In this document: positions 58,162 to 64,000 of the stretch, piece by piece
Numbering within the stretch: the stretch's first letter is position 1
Layout of the letters: every line of letters begins with the position of its first letter
From: Deferribacterales bacterium
GTDB lineage: Bacteria > Chrysiogenota > Deferribacteres > Deferribacterales > Geovibrionaceae
Assembly (NCBI GenBank): GCA_050253075.1
Contig: JBFWJS010000007.1
Location: 32,001 to 96,000, forward strand
Reading direction: 5' to 3'
DNA length: 64,000 bases
Notes under the pieces: model-generated
What the model was told of the DNA's origin: nothing
Seen by the model: the letters and a program-made list of their open reading frames with translations, nothing else
The model's database searches: none
Position numbers and translations under genes: made by a program

Positions 58162-58300
58162 CGTCGTCGTCCAGCATGTCGTACTTGGCCTGTTCGATCT
58201 TGTCTTTATTCTTTTTGGAGTAGTTATAAATAATTATCCCTGCGAAAATTAATACCAGACATATGCCGTATGCAAGGAATGTGAGTGGACTTCCAATCAT
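58151..58300 (-). CDS. ccoQ: cbb3 oxidase subunit CcoQ-like (49 aa; absent from ORF track)
   Basis: AAGGAG RBS; MIGSPLTFLAYGICLVLIFAGIIIYNYSKKNKDKIEQAKYDMLDDDDEK. Confidence 0.75.
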   Translation of the reverse strand: MIGSPLTFLAYGICLVLIFAGIIIYNYSKKNKDKIEQAKYDMLDDDDEK

Positions 58301-58326
58301 AGTCTTCTCCTTGTGTTGGAAAGATA

Positions 58327-58348
58327 GGGGCGGCTTTTATACCGCCCC
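58327..58348 (-). other. Intra-operon GC hairpin (mRNA stabiliser or weak terminator)
   Basis: GGGGCGG-CTTTTATA-CCGCCCC between the structural and biogenesis genes. Confidence 0.5.
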
Positions 58349-58355
58349 GTTATGG

Positions 58356-58550
58356 TTATTTAACGTCTTTCATGACCTCTTCAAGCTGTTTTTCCTGTGA
58401 CCAGCCGCTAAAGGCAGGTGTGTAGGCGTAAACATAGTATATACCGAATACTATGAGTCCTATGAAAAGGATCAGCCATCCGAGCGGAAGTACATTTTCA
58501 GTATCTTCCCTGTGAAACTCTTCCAGGTTATCAAATTCTTCCTGAATCAT
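58356..58550 (-). CDS. CcoP N-terminal membrane domain only
   Basis: EFDNLEE..ENVLPLGWLILFIGLIVFGIYY..W.QE; no CxxCH. Confidence 0.8.
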   Translation of the reverse strand: MIQEEFDNLEEFHREDTENVLPLGWLILFIGLIVFGIYYVYAYTPAFSGWSQEKQLEEVMKDVK

Positions 58551-58564
58551 AACGTACCTCCTTA

Positions 58565-59452
58565 TTATTTGTTAAGGCTTTTGATGTATTCAACGATAGA
58601 CCATATCTTCTCTTTGCTGAACTTGGATGCGTAGCCAGGCATTGCGCCTTCGTATCCGTTAGCAATAGTGATGTATGTATCGTTGTCGGCATTGCCGTAG
58701 CCGGCATAGTCAACAAGGGATGCACCGATGTTTCCTTCTGCGTTCTGACCGTGGCAGCCTGCACATTCAGCCTTATAGAGAGCCTGACCTGTGGCGATTG
58801 CGTCTGCATTGCCTTCGAGCGGGCTCATTTCTTCTATGTCAGCATAGTCAACAGTGATGACAGCTTCTTTCGCGATGGATGTACCGAGAACCTGCATGTA
58901 GGCTACCATAGCATCGAGCTGTGTAGCGCCTTCGAGCTCAGCGGCTTCTTCCTCTGTGTATGGGAAGCCGAGGGCGTCCATACGTGCGAGAGTCTCTTTC
59001 ACGTTAACTTTCTTCTCTTTGAACCAAGGGTACGGAGGCATGTTAGACTTCGGATAGAAAGCCTGTGGGCTTTCGAAGTGCTGGATATGCCACTCGTCAG
59101 GGTATTTACCGCCGATTCTCGCAAGGTCGGGACCTGTTCTCTTGGAACCCCAAAGGAATGGTCTGTCGTATGCGAATTCGCCGGCTTTAGAGTATGCGCC
59201 GTATCTCATAACGTCAGCTTTAAGCGGACGTACTGTCTGTGTGTGACAGTTGATACAACCCTCAGCCTGATAAACGTCGCGTCCTGCCAGCTCGAGAGCC
59301 GTGAAAGGCTTAAGACCGTCTGTCTTCGGGTGCATACCTTCTGTAAACATAGGTACGAATACTGTGACGATAGTACCTATAAGGACTGTAACAGCCGCTG
59401 CTATAGAGAACAGGAGGGCTTTGTTATAGATAGAATTTTCATTCTTGCTCAT
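58565..59452 (-). CDS. ccoO: cbb3 oxidase subunit II (CcoO) with fused extra cytochrome c domain
   Basis: GRDVYQAEGCINCHTQ and WGSKRTGPDL, plus a second CAGCH..MPGY domain. Confidence 0.92.
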   Translation of the reverse strand: MSKNENSIYNKALLFSIAAAVTVLIGTIVTVFVPMFTEGMHPKTDGLKPFTALELAGRDVYQAEGCINCHTQTVRPLKADVMRYGAYSKAGEFAYDRPFLWGSKRTGPDLARIGGKYPDEWHIQHFESPQAFYPKSNMPPYPWFKEKKVNVKETLARMDALGFPYTEEEAAELEGATQLDAMVAYMQVLGTSIAKEAVITVDYADIEEMSPLEGNADAIATGQALYKAECAGCHGQNAEGNIGASLVDYAGYGNADNDTYITIANGYEGAMPGYASKFSKEKIWSIVEYIKSLNK

Positions 59453-59463
59453 TGTCAGCCTCC

Positions 59464-60867
59464 TTACGCTTCTTGCATATTAGCAAGGTTTTTCTTGCCT
59501 TTTACAATGGTCATAGCAACGTTGTAGATGAAGAACAGCATACCGACCACGAATATGAGACCTGCAACAGTTCTCATCTGCCAGTATGGATAGTTACGCA
59601 CCAGACCTTCCATGAAGGTGTACTGGAGTGTACCGTCTGCGGCTGTCATCTTCCACATAGCACCCTGCTGGATACCTGTGATCCACATTGTGATGGAGAA
59701 CATAAGCTGTCCTACAAGCACAAGCCAGAAGTGTGTGTTTGCTACTTTTTCGCTGTATATCTCAGTTTTATACATAGCAGGGAGCATGTAATAAACTGAT
59801 GCGCAGATAACCATTGTTACCCATCCCATAGTACCCATGTGTACGTGGCCCGGAACCCAGTCAGTATAGTGGATAAGAGAAGAGATAACACGGATACCCT
59901 GTGACGGTCCCTGAATAGTCTGAAGACCGTAGAATGTAATACCGAGGATGAAGAACTTTGTAAGGTAATGAGTTCTCATCTTTGACCAGTCTTTATCAAC
60001 AGTGAAGTAACCGTTCACAACAGAACCCCATGACGGTGCGATGAGGAAAAGTGTGAAAGCGATACCGAGTGTCTGTATCCAGTCTGGCAGCGGAGTGTAA
60101 ACAAGGTGGTGAGCACCTGTCCACAGATATGCGAATATCAGTGACCAGAAAGAGATGATAGACAGTCTGTGTGAGTAAAGAGGAAGCCCTGTGGACTTCG
60201 GAAGGAAGTAGTAGAACATAGCGAGGATAGGTGTTGTGAAAAGGAAACCTACCGCGTTGTGTCCGTACCACCACTCAACGTTTGCACTGTTTACACCTGC
60301 GAAAAGGTGATAAGACTTTGTAAGTGTCGCAGGTATGGAAAGGTTGTTTACTATGTAGAGGATAGCAACTGTGATGATTGTTGCTATGATGTACCAGAGA
60401 GAAACATAAAGGTGCTTCTCCTTTCTGGCGAAGATCGTGCCGAGCACGTTGATAGCAAACATTACCCAGAGAATAACGATGGCGATATCTATCGGCCACT
60501 CGAATTCTGCATACTCAAGAGACTGATTCATACCGATAAGGAGAGATACTCCAGCTGCTGCCACACCGATGTTGAAAATCCAAAGGTGGGCTCTAGCAAG
60601 TTTCGGAAGAATCAAAGGTCGCTTGGTAAGCCTGATAACAATATAGTAAAAAAGACCAAACTCGGCGCCGATACCAAGACCGTACGCGAGAACATTGGTG
60701 TGGAAGGTTCTTAATCTACCAAATGAAAGGTATTCGCCGAAGTTGAGATCAGCGCTCCACATTTGAGCAGAGATAAGAAGACCAGCCACAAGACCAATAA
60801 CACCCCAGAAGATAGCAGAGAGAACAAATCCCTGAGCCGTCTTATAGTCGTATTGATACTCGTTCAT
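59464..60867 (-). CDS. ccoN: cbb3-type cytochrome c oxidase subunit I
   Basis: FGRLRTFHTN, EYAEFEWP, WWYGHNAVGF, WTGAHHL and GHVHMG motifs. Confidence 0.97.
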   Translation of the reverse strand: MNEYQYDYKTAQGFVLSAIFWGVIGLVAGLLISAQMWSADLNFGEYLSFGRLRTFHTNVLAYGLGIGAEFGLFYYIVIRLTKRPLILPKLARAHLWIFNIGVAAAGVSLLIGMNQSLEYAEFEWPIDIAIVILWVMFAINVLGTIFARKEKHLYVSLWYIIATIITVAILYIVNNLSIPATLTKSYHLFAGVNSANVEWWYGHNAVGFLFTTPILAMFYYFLPKSTGLPLYSHRLSIISFWSLIFAYLWTGAHHLVYTPLPDWIQTLGIAFTLFLIAPSWGSVVNGYFTVDKDWSKMRTHYLTKFFILGITFYGLQTIQGPSQGIRVISSLIHYTDWVPGHVHMGTMGWVTMVICASVYYMLPAMYKTEIYSEKVANTHFWLVLVGQLMFSITMWITGIQQGAMWKMTAADGTLQYTFMEGLVRNYPYWQMRTVAGLIFVVGMLFFIYNVAMTIVKGKKNLANMQEA

Positions 60868-60886
60868 TCAGACCTCCTGATGGTTT

Positions 60887-61315
60887 TTAAAGATTAACCA
60901 GTTTCTTGTCTTTATTTGCAAAGAGGAACTCTTTGACTTTTGCATTTTTCAGCTTTTTCTCGACATCGTTCTGGATGTCGGCGAAGAGCATATTAACCTT
61001 ACATATGGGCATAAGCTGACAGCCGATATTGTGATTAAGGCATTGATTTACACGTGATTTGAAGCCCATACAGGCGAGAATGTCGTAAAGACTGGCGTCG
61101 TATACTTTTTCAGATACGGTGAGACCGCCTTCCTTTCCGGTTTTGGTGGTGAGGAAACCGCAGGATTTGAGTTTGTTCACAATCTTGACAACGATAGGGC
61201 GAGAAAGAAATAGACTGTTGCAGATGTCTTTGGTTTTAACCATCTTACCCTCAGTTGCTAAGTAAACGATAATGCGCAGGGCATAATCTTCTTCTCTAAG
61301 AATGAACGAATCCAT
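60887..61315 (-). CDS. Rrf2 family transcriptional regulator (3-Cys, Fe-S type)
   Basis: DYALRIIVYLA, TKTGKEGG and CLNHNIGCQLMPIC. Confidence 0.9.
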   Translation of the reverse strand: MDSFILREEDYALRIIVYLATEGKMVKTKDICNSLFLSRPIVVKIVNKLKSCGFLTTKTGKEGGLTVSEKVYDASLYDILACMGFKSRVNQCLNHNIGCQLMPICKVNMLFADIQNDVEKKLKNAKVKEFLFANKDKKLVNL

Positions 61316-61380
61316 TTGTATACCTCACAGGTATACAATACCTCTATGATCATATTTTTGTCAACAAAGATTGTATACAA
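61316..61380 (-). promoter_or_regulatory. Palindromic operator-like sites upstream of Rrf2-cco operon
   Basis: TTGTATACC-N5-GGTATACAA (61316-61338) and TTGTATACAA (61371-61380) flank a minus-strand TTGACA (61364-61359). Confidence 0.55.
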
Positions 61381-61393
61381 AATACGTCAAAGA

Positions 61394-61669
61394 TCACTTA
61401 TGTTCGTTACTATTGAGGGACATCATCTCTATCTCTTTGCCGAGTTTAGAGAAAGCAGGCTTTAGCTTTCCCATGATAAATTCATAACTTTTTTCATCAT
61501 GGTTTTTCGTGCATTTCGAACAGTCCTTCACAGCACCCATAAAGTTAGGGTCTCCGCCGCAGTCTTTGAAGAAATAAAGAGGACAGTAGCAGAAAAGACA
61601 GTTTTGTCCATCTATGCCGTGACACGGATAGTATTCGCACTCTCTGTTCGAAAAATATTTGTAACTCAA
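61394..61669 (-). CDS. Cysteine-rich small domain protein (zf-like)
   Basis: FSNRECEYYPCH..NCLFCYCPLY..KDCSKC..H. Confidence 0.85.
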   Translation of the reverse strand: MSYKYFSNRECEYYPCHGIDGQNCLFCYCPLYFFKDCGGDPNFMGAVKDCSKCTKNHDEKSYEFIMGKLKPAFSKLGKEIEMMSLNSNEHK

Positions 61670-61749
61670 ATGTGTCTCCCAATAAAACCCTTATGATATT
61701 TTAACACTTATAAGGACAGATGCTATCTTATTTGAAATTAATTTTGAGA

Positions 61750-62634
61750 TTATGATTTTAATCCCCATATGCTTTTTATTATTCTGATTGCTGATGATAT
61801 CTCGTCTGAATTCCTTTTCGCCTTCATATATCCGAAGTTGAGGTTTATATCAGTATCAAGGCTTTCGCTTATTCCTATGATATTGTCTCTGCGGAGTTTT
61901 TCTGCCACGGGCTCGGTCAGTATGGAGCAGCCGATCTCAGAATTTACCAGCTTGCCTATAAGCATTTCATCATCCACATACATTATCCTGTTTGGCGTTG
62001 TGCCTTTTTTCATAAAATACTCGGCGGATGAGCGTGAGAAGGGGCAGGCTTCTGTTGTCCATATCCACGGGAATTTTGCCAGTGCTTCCGCATCGGCGTT
62101 TTGAACGTCTTTTTCCCATTTCGGCGGGTAAACGATTTTCAGCGGATATGATGTAAGGGTGATGTATTCTATCTGTTTTGAACTTATGTCCCCGTAAAAG
62201 AACCCTGCGTCTATCATGTCTGATGTCAGGTCTCTTATTATATCTTCGCTTCTGGTCTGTATCAGGCGCAGGTGAAGCGGGTTTTTGTCTTCTGAGGCAT
62301 GTTTCACCAGCTCTTCTATACGGAGTATATCGTGCTCTGTGTTCAGCCCGATATTTAGATGACTCATGACCTTTTCGCTAAGTGATTTCGCATTTGAGAG
62401 CATATTATCACAGGAGTCCACTATCCTTTGTGCTTCATCCAGCATATCAGTACCGTTTTCTGTCAGCTTCATCCCTTTAGGTGTGCGGATAAAAAGCTGA
62501 AAGCCGAGCTCACCTTCAAGCATCTTAAGCTGTGCGCTGACAGCAGGCTGGCTTATAAATAGCTGTTCCGATGCTCTGGTCAGGTTTCCTGTCTTTGCGA
62601 TGGTCAGAAATATTCTGAGCTGGTTGATATCCAA
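61750..62634 (-). CDS. LysR family regulator
   Basis: GNLTRASEQLFISQPAVSAQLKMLE; divergent from a LysE gene. Confidence 0.93.
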   Translation of the reverse strand: MDINQLRIFLTIAKTGNLTRASEQLFISQPAVSAQLKMLEGELGFQLFIRTPKGMKLTENGTDMLDEAQRIVDSCDNMLSNAKSLSEKVMSHLNIGLNTEHDILRIEELVKHASEDKNPLHLRLIQTRSEDIIRDLTSDMIDAGFFYGDISSKQIEYITLTSYPLKIVYPPKWEKDVQNADAEALAKFPWIWTTEACPFSRSSAEYFMKKGTTPNRIMYVDDEMLIGKLVNSEIGCSILTEPVAEKLRRDNIIGISESLDTDINLNFGYMKAKRNSDEISSAIRIIKSIWGLKS

Positions 62635-62754
62635 AATGCTAACCCCATAAAAATAACTGATCGATACGATCTGAAATGGCGATTTGATTGTCCTCGTTCA
62701 AAGTATTATACCTTATTTAAGAATAACTACAATACGTTTGGGAACGGAGGTTCT

Positions 62755-63363
62755 ATGACTGCTCAGATAATAGCGATGGCTTTATTCTCTCTCACGATGT
62801 CAATAACACCGGGACCTGTGAATGTGACAACATTCTCATCGGGTATGAATTACGGCTTCAGGAGTACTATGCCTTTTGTCTTCGGTGCGACCATAGGCTT
62901 CACTCTGCTGTTGGTATTTATCGGGCTAGGTATAGGGAATCTGGTAACTTATTTTCCTATCATGGGCAGGGTGCTATGTTATGCGGGGGCGCTGTTTATA
63001 GGATATGTGGGATTTAAGATAATGAGAGCGAACTTCAGCATTGAAAATACATCTGCCGACAGACCCCTTTTCCGCCACGGAGTGATAATGCAGTGGCTGA
63101 ATATTAAGGCATGGATATCTTGTCTGGCGGGTGTTTCAGCTTTTAGCGCAGGCAGAGAATACGGCAGTCTGCTGATTTTCTGCTCCATATACTTCGTTAT
63201 CTGTTATGCATCAATAGCCGTTTGGGCTTTGGCAGGGGACGTGATAATGAAGATGATGAAAAACAAGAGGTATATCTCCGCCGTAAACACTGCTATGGGG
63301 GCAGTGCTCATATGTCTGGCGGTACTTATACTCTTTAGTGGCGGCGATATAGGAAGGTTTTAA
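62755..63363 (+). CDS. LysE family amino-acid exporter
   Basis: SITPGPVN and QWLNIKAW motifs. Confidence 0.9.
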   Translation: MTAQIIAMALFSLTMSITPGPVNVTTFSSGMNYGFRSTMPFVFGATIGFTLLLVFIGLGIGNLVTYFPIMGRVLCYAGALFIGYVGFKIMRANFSIENTSADRPLFRHGVIMQWLNIKAWISCLAGVSAFSAGREYGSLLIFCSIYFVICYASIAVWALAGDVIMKMMKNKRYISAVNTAMGAVLICLAVLILFSGGDIGRF

Positions 63364-64000
63364 TTTTCGCCTTCTTCCTGTTTTGCTTTCAGCTTTGCGA
63401 GGAGTTCGCTTTTCTGCAGTTCCTTTATGGCTTCTGCTGCGGTCTCCTTTGCAGGTTTGAGGTCTTCGTCCTTCATCTGTTTGGCTATCTTCACAGCCTT
63501 GCGGTTATAGTGCAGGCTGCGCTTGCCGATGTTTCGGAGAGCCCAGCTCACGGCTTTACGCACATAGTTGCGCTTGTCCCAGCATTCGTTGAGTATCAGA
63601 CCGAAAAAGCCGTCGACGTCCTTTTCACGCAGGTCGGGGTGCTTGAGAGCATAGTTAGCCATGGTGGCAAATCCGGCTCTTTTTATGAATGGTTCGTCTG
63701 AAATGCTCCACATCAGTATCTTTTCCATAGCGAATGGAGTGTGGTAGACGAGGTTGTTACAGAACTGATCGCACAGATCCCATGAGTTTATGTCCTCTGC
63801 CCAGTCATCCAGAAGTTCGGATGTGAAGGCTGCGGGCTCGCATATGATAGTGGCGAGGATGCGTGCCTCGTGGTTTTTTGTCTTCCAAAGTTCGAGAGCC
63901 AGCACGTGGTCTTTCCCTATGGTCTTTGAGAGCTCGCGGATGTCCTGAACGTTAACGCCAAAGGCATTTGTGGTGTTTATGCCGTATTTGGTCATGCCTT
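63360..64000 (-). CDS. DNA alkylation repair protein (AlkD-like), 5' end outside window
   Basis: HEARILA, INSWDLCD and RNYVRKAVSWALRNIGKR motifs. Confidence 0.88.
   Translation of the reverse strand, partial: GMTKYGINTTNAFGVNVQDIRELSKTIGKDHVLALELWKTKNHEARILATIICEPAAFTSELLDDWAEDINSWDLCDQFCNNLVYHTPFAMEKILMWSISDEPFIKRAGFATMANYALKHPDLREKDVDGFFGLILNECWDKRNYVRKAVSWALRNIGKRSLHYNRKAVKIAKQMKDEDLKPAKETAAEAIKELQKSELLAKLKAKQEEGEN

Overview
This is a 64-kb, gene-dense (about 45% GC by eye), mostly core-genome segment of a Gram-negative bacterium. Gene content suggests an anaerobe or microaerophile of the Deferribacterales type, which is inference only. Coding content: trpF-trpB-trpA; MarR and Fur/PerR regulators; a TAXI-TRAP transporter; translation and RNA-modification genes (RluA family, prmA, rsmE, tadA, an EF-G2-like factor, rsgA); priA; a maf/Gx-transporter/NusG-II/ApbE/radical-SAM/polyprenyl-synthase run; hflKC; ihfA; an orphan phage-type lysozyme pair; a TIGR03916/TIGR03915 DNA-repair pair; signalling proteins; ald; tpx; and a cbb3 oxidase plus biogenesis operon headed by an Rrf2 regulator. 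No rRNA, tRNA, CRISPR array, integrase or transposase was seen. The most interesting signals are non-coding. (1) A 230-280 bp non-autonomous element, in four copies, sits inside or beside terminator hairpins with 9-10 bp flanking duplications and carries a nested CGTC-type REP; one pair brackets a 2.8-kb two-gene cargo between 18-bp direct repeats. (2) Two GTCACTGCGAG REPs are inserted at the starts of translationally coupled genes and are spanned by short open reading frames. (3) A candidate leader-peptide translational attenuator lies upstream of rsgA. (4) A Gram-positive-type LexA box precedes the radical-SAM repair genes. (5) The cbb3 operon contains small ORFs missed by the ORF track.
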